Positions 1 through 10,967 of a stretch of DNA of 44,320 nt are shown here, piece by piece. The stretch covers positions 9,468,923 to 9,513,242 of the forward strand of contig NC_057756.1 in the NCBI RefSeq assembly GCF_004010195.1, written 5' to 3'. Made by a program: the position numbers and the translations under genes. The stretch is from Chiloscyllium plagiosum. Taxonomy: Eukaryota. The notes beneath the pieces are model-generated. The model was not told where the DNA came from and did not search any database. It was given only the letters and a program-made list of their open reading frames with translations. Each line of letters begins with the position of its first letter. Position 1 is the stretch's first letter.

Positions 1-192
1 CTCACCTTAACCTCCTTCCACCTATCGTATTCCCAGCGCCCCTCCCCCAAGTCCCTCCTCCCTACCTTTTATCTTAGCCTGCTTGGCACACCCTCCTCAT
101 TCCTGAAGAAGGGCTTATGCCCGAAACATCGATTCTCCTGCTCCTTTGATGCTGTCTGACCTGCTGCGCTTTTCCAGCAACACATTTTTAAG
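1..192 (+). mobile_element. Penelope-like element terminus (family A) with minimal hammerhead core
   Basis: CTGAAGA-a-GGGC-ttat-GCCC-GAAA-c-ATC at 103-130; same family recurs at 1349-1437, 3726-3805 and 8689-8980. Confidence 0.7.
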
Positions 193-549
193 TTCCTCAT
201 CACAGCCCACTTTTCCTACCCTCTCATCATAACCCTTAATGCCCTGACTGATCCCCAAAATCTCAGCTTTAAATATGTACAAGGAGCCTGCCCCCACAAC
301 TCTCGGTGGTAAGGAGTTCCCTCCTCACCTCAGTCTTAACGATTCTCCTGCTCCTTTGATGCTGTCTGACCTGCTGCGCTTTTCCAGCAACACATTTTTA
401 AGTTCCTCATCACAGCCCACTTTTCCTACCCTCTCATCATAACCCTTAATGCCCTGACTGATCCCCAAAATCTCAGCTTTAAATATGTACAAGGAGCCTG
501 CCCCCACAACTCTCGGTGGTAAGGAGTTCCCTCCTCACCTCAGTCTTAA
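130..549. repeat. 2 x 210 bp tandem duplication
   Basis: 130-339 reads identical to 340-549. Confidence 0.9.
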
Positions 550-744
550 ATTGACACTCCTTTATTCTGAGTCCTCGACTCTCCCATGAGGGGAAATGCC
601 CTCTCAGTATTCACCCTGTTAAGAATCCGATATTTTTCAAGGTACCTAGAAATCCACAAGTCTGTCTCGAACATATTCAATGGCTTCAAGCTTCCATAGG
701 CCTCTAGAGGATTCGAGAATTCCAAAACCTCACCATCCAGAATT

Positions 745-852
745 TACATTTGTTCCCTTGTGGGTGTGGTTGGCTGGGCCCAGCATTTATTTTCCCTCCT
801 TAGTTGCCCTTTCAGAAGGTGGTGGTGAGCTGCCTTCTTGAACCGCTGTAGC
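745..852 (-). mobile_element. L2/Crack-like LINE 3' end fragment
   Basis: Minus strand LQRFKKAAHHHLLKG plus 3' tail; same family at 4430-4865 and 23200-23562. Confidence 0.6.
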
Positions 853-1227
853 TTACGTGAAGAAATTCTCAACTCTACTGCACCCTTAATATGAGACTGT
901 GTCCTCTGGTTCTGCCCCCTCCCCCCCTCATCAAAGCCAATGAGAAACATCCTTCCCACATCCAGCCTCTCAAGGCCCGTACAATACAATGAGCTCACCT
1001 TTCATTTATCTAATAGCGACGGAATACTGACCTGGTTTACTCAATCTTTCCTCAGGGGACAATTCCAGAGGTCAGTTCTGGTGAAAGGTGGTCATTTCCG
1101 GTGTGATTTCCAAACATGATCCCTGAAACCATAATTCAATCCAGTTTCCGCTGCCCTCTTACCGACCCCCCCCCAAGAACCATCTTCTTAGAACTTTGCA
1201 CATTTTTTTTCCTCTCATCAGATAATT

Positions 1228-1663
1228 TTTTTTTAGATTCCATTCCCTACAGTGTAGAAACAGGCCCTTCGGCCCAACAAGTCCACATCGAGCCTCTGAA
1301 GAGTAACCCACCCAAACCCATTCCCCTAAATTTACCCCTGACTAATGCTTAAAAATGTGTTGCTGGAAAAGCACAGCAGGTCAGGCAGCATCAAAGGAAC
1401 AGGAGAATCGGCGTTTCGGGCATAAGCCCTTCTTCAGCCCTGACCTAATGCACCTAACACTATGGGCAATTTAGCACGGCCAATTCACCCTAACCTGCAC
1501 AACTTTGGACTGTGGGAGGAAACCGGAGCACCCGGAGGAAACCCACGCAGACACGGGGAGACTGTGCAAACTCCACACAGACAGTTGCCTGAGATGGGAA
1601 TTGAACCTGGGTCCCTGGCATTGTGAGGCAGCAGTGCTAACCACTGAGCTACTGTGCCGCCCC
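1228..1663 (-). mobile_element. HE1-type tRNA-derived SINE, interrupted by a mini PLE insertion
   Basis: Minus-strand head GGGCGGCACAGTAGCTCAGTGG (A box) ... GGTTCAATTCC (B box); CR1-type 3' tail near 1232-1290. Confidence 0.85.
1349..1437 (-). mobile_element. 89 bp PLE terminus insertion (family A) with TSD
   Basis: Flanked by ccctgactaatgc (1336-1348) and ccctgacctaatgc (1438-1451); minus strand begins CTGAAGAAGGGCTTATGCCCGAAACGCC. Confidence 0.75.
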
Positions 1664-1961
1664 AATGATCTAATTCCTTGAAGGTCTCAGTGGAAGCTGC
1701 CCATCCTCTCACTCTCAGTCAGTTTATTTCTAGCTCCTAACCACCTGCTACACTGATATTTTTCAAGTGGGTTTTTGCTTCCTCTGCCACTTAGTTGGCA
1801 TGAGTGTGTGCTCACTGGTTCTCTATTCTTCTGCCAATGGGAGATGTTTCTCGCGTGAGTTTGAACACCTTGATTGAACCTCCTTCCAGATGTTTCAGCC
1901 CCAGTTCCTCCAGTCTGTCCAGATAGCTCAAGTCCCTTCGACCTGGAACAAGATCCTTTAG

Positions 1962-2270
1962 AAGATCCTTTATCTGAAATGCTCGGGACCAGCTGTGTTT
2001 CGGAATTCGGAATTTCTGGGTTTTCAAAATGTGACAGTTTAATGATGAAATTTTTAAAAATCTTACCAGAGGAGCAGACGTCTAAGTAAGAACGTGCTTG
2101 GCCACGCCCCCCCATCTCCCCCGTTGCATGAGTGACACACATCGAGTGGGTGTCGACTTGGGTCAACTGTTTGCTCGCTAAACAGCCTTGTTAATGAGAA
2201 AAAAACTTCACAAAAAGAGCTTTGGATTTTGGAGCTTTTTGGTTTTTTTGATGTTCGGATAAAGGACCTG
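1962..2270. mobile_element. non-autonomous DNA transposon (Tc1/pogo/Tigger-like MITE)
   Basis: Imperfect TIRs agatcctttatctgaa / ttcggataaaggacctg, the right one followed by TA; no ORF. Confidence 0.6.
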
Positions 2271-2774
2271 TATTATGAATCATAGGAGCAGGCACATTGT
2301 GTGTTTGTGTGAGTGTGTGTGTATCCATATGTGCGTGCATGTGAGAACATGGGTCAGTCTTAGGTGAAGTAAATAAGTAAGTAATTGCATATTAACACTG
2401 TGTTTCTAAGTGGAGTAAATATTGAAACCACTCCGAACAGTATCACTTTTTCAGACATGACTCCATGCCTCTATGTTACATCTAGATAGACATTCCAATT
2501 GGATGCCTATTTGGTTGGAAGTGGTGAGCAGAGATATGGGGAAAGGGCAGGAGATTGGGACTAGGTAAATGAACTGGTGTGGATATGATGGGCCCAATGG
2601 CCTCCACCTGCAGTGTCACAATTCTGAGATACTAAACATAAACACAGACCCTGAGAGCTGGGCCGAATGGTCTGAACCTGTGCTGAACTCCCAAATCAGT
2701 GGTGATTACTGGAATATTGCCTAATCTGGTGCCAGATGGGAACATTATTGCTGAAAGCAGAGGCAACGCTGTTG

Positions 2775-3100
2775 GAGTCTTTCTTCTCATACTCATCAGG
2801 ACAGATGCAAGAAAACCAAATTCCAGAGAGGGTAATAATTTGTGCAACATGTGAGCCAGAGTGCTGATTGGTTGAGACTTGCTTTGGGGAATCGACCAAT
2901 TAGAGTCCATTTGCTATTTGTGACTTAACAGAGAAGCTTTTGGATACCTGTTCCCTGGTGCATTCCCCCGCAATAACACTCCAACGAATCAGAGTCAAGT
3001 CATTCGCCAAACAGTTCCTCATGCAGCATGAATTAACCAGCAATCCTTCCAAAATTCGGTTTTCCTGCATCTATCCTGATCGGTGCCAACCAAAAAGCCC
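2775..3100. mobile_element. old palindromic element, probably inverted PLE termini
   Basis: Arms 2795-2822 and 3053-3080 match 25/28 in inverted orientation; minus strand carries a decayed CTGATGA...GAAA..TC. Confidence 0.5.
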
Positions 3101-3275
3101 TTGTTCCTTTTTTCTGCAGTAATACTGAATTTTCTAAAGGGCTTAAAGCCTGAAGCTGTGTTGATGAGAGAGTATCGTGCGGGGCCAGTAGATATCGTTC
3201 TTGGTCGTTCATGGTCTTTCTGGCCTAGAACTTGTGAAGTTTTCCTTCTCTCTCCTCTGCCCCCTCTCCTGTCAG

Positions 3276-3430
3276 TCTACGCCATTCGTGAAGCAGCCAC
3301 CAACAATCTGAAGAAGCTCACCCAGAAGTTCGGCAAGGTCTGGGCTCAGAACACTATCCTCCCCAAGGTGCTGGCTATGTCATCCAATCCCAACTACCTC
3401 CACCGGATGACCACACTCTTCTGCGTCAAT
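3276..3430 (+). CDS. PPP2R1A: PP2A scaffold subunit A, internal coding exon (equivalent to human exon 12; C-terminal HEAT repeats)
   Basis: Polypyrimidine tract plus AG at 3274-3275, donor GTAAGT at 3431; 155 bp; translates (V)[51 protein letters not shown], matching PPP2R1A/B. A versus B paralog assignment is uncertain. Confidence 0.93.
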
Positions 3431-3725
3431 GTAAGTCTCTCACCGTCCGCTGGACTGCCCCCACAGCCCCTCCCTACATCCGCGTTCTTCCCGAGACCCC
3501 CACAGCATGGCGACCTTCACTGCAAAGGAGTCAGGTCACTCCATTTCCTTTTCCAGTCTGTCAAGCCATGTGTCTGATCCAGCACACATGACCCTTCCCC
3601 GACTGCTGCTTGAGTAGAGAGTGACGAGCCACTTTCTTGAACTTCTGCAGTTTATCTGGGCCACATTTGGGCAGAGAGAGAAGAAAGGGAGGTCCGCAGG
3701 ATGCAAGAGAGTGCATAAGCAGTTC

Positions 3726-3805
3726 ACATTCCTGATGAAGGGCTTATGTTTGACACTCCTGCTCCTTGGATGCTGCCTGACCGGCCGTGCTTTTCCAGCA
3801 TCACA
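3726..3805 (+). mobile_element. PLE terminus fragment (family A), hammerhead core decayed
   Basis: CTGATGAAGGGCTTATG followed by ctcctgctccttggatgctgcctgacc..cttttccagca; GAAA lost. Confidence 0.65.
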
Positions 3806-3933
3806 GGGTTTGGGCAGAGTTCCTGAAAGATTCTTCCCTTTTCCAGAGGGTTCAACAAACGTGGAGGCCACCCTGGTTGAGGATGGAAGCTTTTCTTCCC
3901 CAAAGGGCACTCAGATGAGGTTTTCCAACAATC

Positions 3934-4226
3934 ATAGAACATAGAACAAATACAGCACAGAACAGGCCCTTCGGCCCCCGATGTTGTGCCGAACATTTGT
4001 CCTAGCTTAAGCAACCTATCCAATTGCCGCTTAAAGGTCACCAAAGATTCTGACTCTACCACTGCCATAGGCAGCGCATTCCATGCCCCCACCACTCTCT
4101 GGGTAAAGAACCCACCCCTGACATCTCCCCTATACCTTCCACCCTTCACCATAAATTTATGTCCCCTTGTAACACTCTGTTGCACCCGGGGAAAAAGTTT
4201 CTGACTGTCTACTCTATCTATTCCTC
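3934..4226 (-). mobile_element. CR1 LINE 3' end
   Basis: TRGHKFMVKGGRYRGDVRGGFFTQRVVGAWNALP C-terminus plus (TTCTATG)n tail. Confidence 0.85.
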
Positions 4227-4429
4227 AATGGTAGTTTCCTGGTCACCGGTGCCGAAACCAAGTTGCCAATCCAGATTGTTTCTCCCCCTTCACGTTTATA
4301 GCTAATGGCCATCCCTAATTGTTCAGAGGCCAGATGTAGGTAAGGAGAGCCGATTCCATTCTCTGAAGGGTTTCAATGACCCGGATGGGGTATATAGTTA
4401 CTATTTGAGCAGCAGCTCCAACAGCACTC

Positions 4430-4865
4430 TCAAAGTTTGACGCCATCCACTTGATTAATACTCCATCCAGCACCTTCAATATTCACTCCCTACACCACTC
4501 AGGAACAGCAGTGTGTACCATCTACGAGATGTACTGCAGGAACTCACCCAAGATCCTCAGGCAGCACCTTCCAAACCCACGGCCACTTCCATCTAGAAGG
4601 ACAAGGGGCAGCAGATACATGGGAACACCACCCCCTGAGAGTTCCCTTCCAAGCCCTTCATCATTCGATGCATATTGCCATTTGTTTGGTGCAGCTAAGT
4701 TAAACCTGGAACACTGTTCCTCGCAGCCCACTGTGGGTGTACCTACACTCTAATGACTGCAGTCATTTGAGAAGGTGTTTCATCATTATCTTCTCAAGGG
4801 CACTTAGAGATAGATAACAAATTCTGGCCCAGTGAGTGATGTCCACATCCAGTGAACAAACTCAA
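4430..4865 (+). mobile_element. L2/Crack-like LINE 3' fragment
   Basis: IHSLHH..AVCTIYEMYCRNSPKILRQHLPNPRPLPSRRTR; same as 23200-23562. Confidence 0.65.
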
Positions 4866-4924
4866 AGGAAGGCGAGCTACCTGCTGGCATCCACTAGAAG
4901 GGACCATGGTCCAATGAGTTTCAC

Positions 4925-5170
4925 ATTATCTCTGTCTCCACCCGCCCCCACCCCGGCTCTCTCTCCCTCTCCCCTCTCCTTCTCTCTCTCTCTCTGTCTG
5001 TTTCCATGTTTCTCCCTCTCTTATTTTTCTCCCACTTCCTTGTCTCTCTGTGTCTTCCTCTTCTATCTCTCTGTCTCTTGCCCTTGTCCCTCCCCCCGCT
5101 CTCTCACACACACGCACACACTCGCACTCTCCGTGTCTCTTTCTGTTTCTCTCTTCCTTCTGTCTCATCT
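4925..5170. repeat. (CT)n-rich polypyrimidine simple repeat
   Basis: Imperfect CT/CA microsatellite. Confidence 0.85.
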
Positions 5171-5868
5171 TGGAGTTAGAAGTCCATCGGTTTGATTCTC
5201 TCAGACTCTGAGGCCAGTAATCTAGTCTGGCATTCCAGTGTGAGAAAACCTTAGGGTGTCTGAAAAAGCTTCACTGAGCTTTGAGTTGTGGTTCCCATTA
5301 TACCGTTGAGAACACAGCAATCGCCGATTTATGCACAGCAAGATTCCACAAGCAGCAATACAACAACGGCCTAGATCATTTTCTTCCTCTGAGTGATGTC
5401 AATTAAGGAATTGATCTTGATTCCAGGAAGTACAGCCCTTTCCCCCACCTAATCAGTCACCCACACCTCTCCCAAGTAGGAGGGCTGTGGGATCTGTAAT
5501 GTCTGCCTGCGTTTGGTCCTTGGATTTCTATTATCAGTCGTTCCTAACCTCAGAGGTGCTGTCTTTCAGGAGACCCATTAAACCCGCAGGCTCACTCACT
5601 GAAGAGAACCCTGAGGCTTCCAGTGGGGAGGAGAGATTCAAGGGAGCGCTGGCTGTGGCAGGAGTGGGTCAGCTGGCTGCTCTGCCCACTTTGCTGTTTG
5701 TGGGATCTTGCTGTGCGACAGAGGCAATGAACAGCGAGGCAGGTTTTTCTCACGGGGTGGGCGGTGATGCACGACAAACGAGCACAGATTTTTTTTTTTG
5801 TTTAAACATCCACTTGGTGCCCGCCTCTAATTCTAACTCCCACCTCCACCTCCCCGCCTCATCTCCAG

Positions 5869-6011
5869 GCTCTGTACGAAGTCTGCGGGAAGGACATCAC
5901 CACCAAGATAATGCTGCCCACCGTCCTGCGGATGGGGAGTGATGCTGTGGCCAATGTGCGTTTCAATGTAGCCAAGACACTACAGAAGATCGGGTCCACC
6001 CTGGATTACAG
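5869..6011 (+). CDS. PPP2R1A: PP2A scaffold subunit A, coding exon (equivalent to human exon 13), GC donor
   Basis: Acceptor ctccAG at 5867-5868; 143 bp; [47 protein letters not shown](S); followed by AG|GCAAGT, in phase with the next exon. Confidence 0.92.
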
Positions 6012-6494
6012 GCAAGTGGAGCTGTCTTAATACATGCCAGGTCAAATGTCCTCACCCACCCAGTTTTAGTATGATGATCTGTTCCCTTCCTGGCTGTGTT
6101 TGGAAACTGGGGAAGCTTATCCAAATAGCGCATTCACTTTTCTTTCACACGTTCACTTTGCAGTGAGTTAGTTGCAGGCATTCATTGCCTATGTAAAACC
6201 GTAGAGTCTCTTTGTCAGCGTGACCAGGTCATCAATACAGATCGTCGGCCCCTACAGGCCCTTAGTGAACCGAATGGGTTTCTACAACAATTGACCAGAC
6301 CTGACCATCCCAGACCAGGCACCCCCAGCTTCCAGCTTGATTCCCATCCTGATCTCACACCATTTTCCACCCAATTCCTCCAACCTCTCCTAAGAACCTA
6401 ACTAGTAATCTAGACCGTCGCCCACCTGGCAAAGTAGACCATTACCCCTGCTCACCTGGCACATTGCCCCCTCACCCACCATTAGGTACATCGA

Positions 6495-8680
6495 ATGGAC
6501 TGTTGATCCAGAATTATTCCTGATTTATTCTGTTTAATATCTATATCCACATATTTAAAAGTCTGACCTCTAATCTGAAACTTCCTTTTAATTTTATCTA
6601 TCGCACAGCATTCAAATGTCTTAGAAACTTTCCATGAAAATATTGCCAACATACATCATAAATATGCCTGCCAGTCTGCCTGTCTCTCGCTGTAATACCA
6701 GTCAGATATTTCTGACTCGGCGATACAATGAATGCAACACACTTTCAACAAGAAGGAGCTAGGTGAGAGGTACCAAACCCTCACTGTGTAGTTCAACCCG
6801 TAAGCACACTTGTTCATGTCCCAGCTTCCCATCTAAATCACCTGCTTCTCTGAAAGTTGTTGAAACTGCAGGACTACAGCTTTTACCTCGATTCGCTTAC
6901 ATTCCCAAGAGGAAAAGAGTGCTAAAAGAATGAAGATTTTTAAGACTGTTTTTCCTACAATAGTGGTAACCACTTTTGATCATCTTGATCACAGAATTTC
7001 TCTTTAAGACCTGAAAGTACAAGTCTGGATTTTGCTTTATATATGTCCCATCAGGAAACACTCTGTCGATACACCTCTACAGCAAGGCTCACACTTTCCT
7101 ATCTTCCAACTTGGATTCTTTCCAGCTGTCCAGTTTTATTGGTTTGCCTTCCTCTATGAAATTACCTTTTACTTTGTTTGTAGCTACCAAAGCTGGAGAG
7201 AGGTGTACGGGGAAGGGGGAGCTGTACCTCAGTCAGAAGGTGGGGCAACTGTACTCAAACTGGGGTGGGGGTGGGCCACTGCCCTCCAGCTGGGAGGACT
7301 GGAGGGCAAGACTGCGATACTCGATGGGAGGTCACTTTGCTGGGGTCACAGTCACCACTGTGGGGTCAGGGTCACTGCTGAGGGGTCAGGGTCACCGCTG
7401 AGGGGTCAGGGTCACAGCTGTGGGATCAGGGTCACCGCTGTGGGGTCAGGGTCACCGCTGAGAGGTCAGGGTCATGGCTGGGGTGGCAGGGTCATGGCTG
7501 TGGGGTCAGGGTCACCGCTGTGGGGTCAGGGTCACGGCTGGGTTGGCAGGGTCATGGCTGTGGGGTTAGGGTCACCACTGTGGGGTCAAGCCACCGCTAT
7601 GGAGTCAGGGTCACGGCTGGGGTGGTAGGGTCATGGCTGTGGGGTCAGGGTCATCGCTGTGGGGTCAGTGTTACCACTGTGGGGTTAGTGTTAAGGCTGT
7701 GGGGTCAGGGTCACTGCTGAGGTAGCAGGTCACAGCTGTGGGGTCAGGGTCACCGCTGAGGGATCAGGGTCACGGCTGTGGGGTCAGGGTCACGGCTGAG
7801 GTGGCAGGTCACAGCTGTGGGGTCAGGGTCACTGCTGTGGGGTCAGGGTCATGGCTGAGGTGGCAGGTCACAGCTGTGGGGTCAGGGTCACTGCTGAAGG
7901 GTCAGAGTCACGGCTGTGCGGTCAGGGTCACCACAGTGGGTTTCATGGTCACTGCTGAGGGGTCAGGGTCACGGTTGTGGGTCCCCGGTTCAGGTCAGAC
8001 TGTAGTGCTCAGATTGAGTGATCGGAGGACGGTAGGATAATAGATTGTGAGTCAGGTGATATACCCTAATTTGCTTCCCCCGTCCTGGTTGAAATGTTAG
8101 GAAATCTGGTGGAAATGGACAAGTTGACCAAAGGGTCTGTCCATACTGTACATCTCTGTGACTCTATGACATGCTGTAAAATTACTTCTAACCTGACCCA
8201 GACTCTTGCCCTCACTTTGTCCTTCTCTCTTATATCATGTATCTGGATTCGACTTTCATTCTGATAGCTTTAAACAACGCTGCCCAGCTCGGCTGATTTA
8301 GTTGGAGGCTTCTGCCTTAGGTGCTGTGAGAGAGTGGAGCTAATTGTATTCCCTTCCCAAATCTGGGAATGGTTGCTCATCCCTGAAGGAATTTTTGGAT
8401 TTCTCCCTAAAGACAATGGTCCGTGTAGAACTGTAGCTCCAAAAGAGTTGCAGTCAAACTTTTGCATGGACTGCCTGTATCAGGGCAGGTATTAATTTAC
8501 ATCTTGGTTCATATTTTACGAGGCAACTCACCTATCACCACATGTTTTCTTTCACATAATAACTAAAGAGACCTTTCCTTGCCACGTTCATTGCCATAAT
8601 GTTCATATTTTGGCACATATCCTCAAATTCATCATTGTCCATTTGCCCCACAATGTCTGTTATGAATTTAGCCAGTACCC
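6495..8680 (-). mobile_element. decayed Ty1/copia LTR retrotransposon pol (integrase about 8200-8680; RT about 6495-7180)
   Basis: Manual minus-strand translation across frameshifts: integrase AKFITDIVGQMDNDEFEDMCQNMNI..., ALIQAVHAK, GRNPKIPS...EGNTISS; RT KAKSRLVLSG, GKTVLKIF...WECKRIEVKAVVLQ, WDMNKCAYGLNYTVRVWYLS, LAGIFMMYVGN (YVDD decayed), FKYVDIDIKQNKSGIILDQ. Integrase before RT is the copia order. Confidence 0.75.
7341..7982. repeat. 20 bp G-rich minisatellite (TGGGGTCAGGGTCACCGCTG), about 30 copies
   Basis: Visible 19-20 bp periodicity, with GGGTCAGGGTCA in most units. Confidence 0.92.
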
Positions 8681-8688
8681 CCCCTCCA

Positions 8689-8980
8689 GCAGATGCTGGA
8701 GATCAGAGTTGAAGAGTGTGGTGCTGGAAAAGCACAGCAGGTCAGGCAGCATCCGAGGAGCAGGAGAATCAACGTTTCGTGTAAAACCACTTCATCAGCT
8801 CCTCATGAAGAGCTGATGTTGATTCTCCTGGTCCTTGGATGCTGCCTGATCTGCTGTGATGAAGGGCTTATGCCTGAAATGTCGATTTACCTGCTCCTCA
8901 GATGCTGCCTGACCTGCTGTGCTTTTCCAGCATCACACACTCGACTCTGATCTCCAGAATCAGCAGTCCTCACTTCCTCC
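8689..8980. mobile_element. inverted pair of PLE termini (family A) with hammerhead cores
   Basis: 8689-8798 (-) versus 8856-8980 (+); intact minus core CTGATGA-A-GTGG-TTTT-ACAC-GAAA-CG-TT at 8771-8798. Confidence 0.75.
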
Positions 8981-8984
8981 ATAA

Positions 8985-9380
8985 AGTTGGCAAATCTACT
9001 ACTATTGCTGGCAGGGCATTCCATGCTGTTACTACTGTGTAAGAACCTACCTCTGACATTGGTCCTGTATCTATCACCCCTCAATTTAAAGCTACATCCC
9101 CTCGTGCTGGCCATCACCATCCGAGGAAAAGGGCTCTCACTGTCCACCCTATCTAACCCTCTGATCATCTTGTATGTTTCTATTAAGTCACCTCTCAACC
9201 TTTGTCTCTTGAATGAAAACAGCCTCAAGTCCCTCAGATTTTCTTCAAGATCATGCCTCCAGACCAGGCACCATCCTGGTAAATCTCCTCTGCACCCTTT
9301 CCAAATCTTCCACATCCTTCCTGTAATGCAGTGACCAGAACTGTAGGCAGTACTCCAAGTGCAACTGCACCAGAGTTTGA
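8985..9380 (-). mobile_element. CR1 LINE RT C-terminal fragment
   Basis: LRLFSFKRQRLRGDLIETYKMIRGLDRVD. Confidence 0.85.
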
Positions 9381-9409
9381 ACGAGATTAAGCTGAGACAC
9401 AGTCTCAGA

Positions 9410-10545
9410 GAATCTCGACAGCATGGAAGCGGGCCATTTAGTCCATCATGTTTGCACTGCCCCTCCGAAGACCACCCAACCCAGACCCTGTCCCTGTAAC
9501 CCTGTACCTCCTGTGGCTAAACTGCAAAATTTACACATCGCTGGGCACTATGGATAACTTAGCATGGCCAATCCACCCTAACCTACACGTCCCTGGACAC
9601 TATGGGACAATATAGCATGGCCAATCCACCATAACCTGCACATCCCTGGACACTATGGGTAACTTACCATGTCCAATCCACCCTCACCTGCACATCCCTG
9701 AGCACTATGGGTAATTTAGCATGGCCAATCCACCCTAACCTGCATATCCCTGGGCACTATGGGACAATTTCCTATGGCCAATCCACCCTAACCTGTACAT
9801 CCCTGGACACTAAGGGTAAGTTAGCATGGCCAATCCACCCTAACCTACACATCCCTGGGCATTATGGGACAATTTAGCATTGCCAATCCACCCTCACCTG
9901 CACACCTGTGGGCACTATGGGTAATTTAGTATGCCCACTCCACACTAACCTACACATTCCCGGACACTATGGGACAATTTAGCATGGCCAATCCACCCTA
10001 ACCTGCACATCCCTGGGCACTCTGGGATAATTTAGCATGGCCAATCTATCCCAATCTGCACATCCCTGGGCACTATGGGTAATTCAGCATGGTCAGTCCA
10101 CCCAACTTAGTTATTCCTGGGCACTGTGGGTAATTTAGCATGGCCAATCCACCCCAATCTGCATATCCCTGGGCACTATGGGTAATTTAGTGTGGTCAAT
10201 CCACCTCAACCTAGTGGGAAACCAGAGCATTCAGAGGAATCCCATGCAGACGTTGGGGGAGGTGGAGGGGGTGGGGGGGGGGGGGGAGGTGGCGGGCAAA
10301 CNNNNNNNNNNNNNNNNNNNNNNNNNNNNNNNNNNNNNNCACTATGGGACAATTTAGCATGGCCAATCCACCCTAACCTGCATATCCCTGGGCACTATGG
10401 GTAACTTACCATGTCCAATCCACCCTAACCTGCATATCCCTGGGCACTATGGGACAATTTCCTATGGCCAGTCCATAGGACAGGGGGGTGACGTGCAAAC
10501 TCCACATAGACAGTGGAGTGTGGAATCGAGTGTGTCCTCTGTGAG
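9410..10545 (-). mobile_element. HE1-type SINE with an internally amplified segment
   Basis: SINE tail at about 9410-9500, body remnants at 10212-10255 and 10480-10540, surrounding a tandem array. Confidence 0.65.
9543..10472. repeat. 52-53 bp minisatellite derived from an HE1 SINE internal segment
   Basis: Unit cactatgggtaatttagcatggccaatccaccctaacctgcacatccctggg, about 15 copies; closely matches 1458-1500 of the intact SINE. Confidence 0.9.
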
Positions 10546-10745
10546 ATTCTCTGGAAGATCTCATGGCCACTATAAGAAAGAAAAGTGGTGGGGGTGGGAG
10601 TTCTACCCAGTGTCCTGGCACCAATATATAGACCGCTCGACCAACATCACTGTAAGATCAGATGATCTTGATCATTATAACACTGTTTGTGGCAGCAGGT
10701 TATCAGAAGATTGGCCACCGTGTTTTCTTCCTCATTGTAACAATG
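10545..10745 (+). mobile_element. Deu-domain SINE remnant (SacSINE1/AmnSINE-like)
   Basis: gggagttctacccagtgtcctggc..accaacatcac...gtttgtgg resembles the recalled Deu core; similar remnants near 5545-5720 and 13430-13570. Confidence 0.45.
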
Positions 10746-10967
10746 ACCAGATTTCAGGGCAAAGTCCTTCATTCAGTCAATAGGCTGTCAGAGATCGGGA
10801 TGAAGTGATAGAGAATTGCAAACAATCTTGAGTTTGACGTTCACCCTGGGCATGTTAGGAAGCATTGGCCTGTAAGAGAGAGAGAGAGCGCTGTGACAGT
10901 TGGGAAGGATGCTGTGTAACTGTTTCTCTTCCTGTTCCCTTCCCTCTCTTTTCTTCTTTACCTTCAG

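Noticed and set aside
1590..1663. tRNA gene (also 41500-41571)
   Set aside because: A/B boxes belong to SINE heads attached to SINE bodies.
3083..3577. 164 aa single-exon ORF
   Set aside because: Only 3276-3430 is PP2A-like; the rest is intron read-through.
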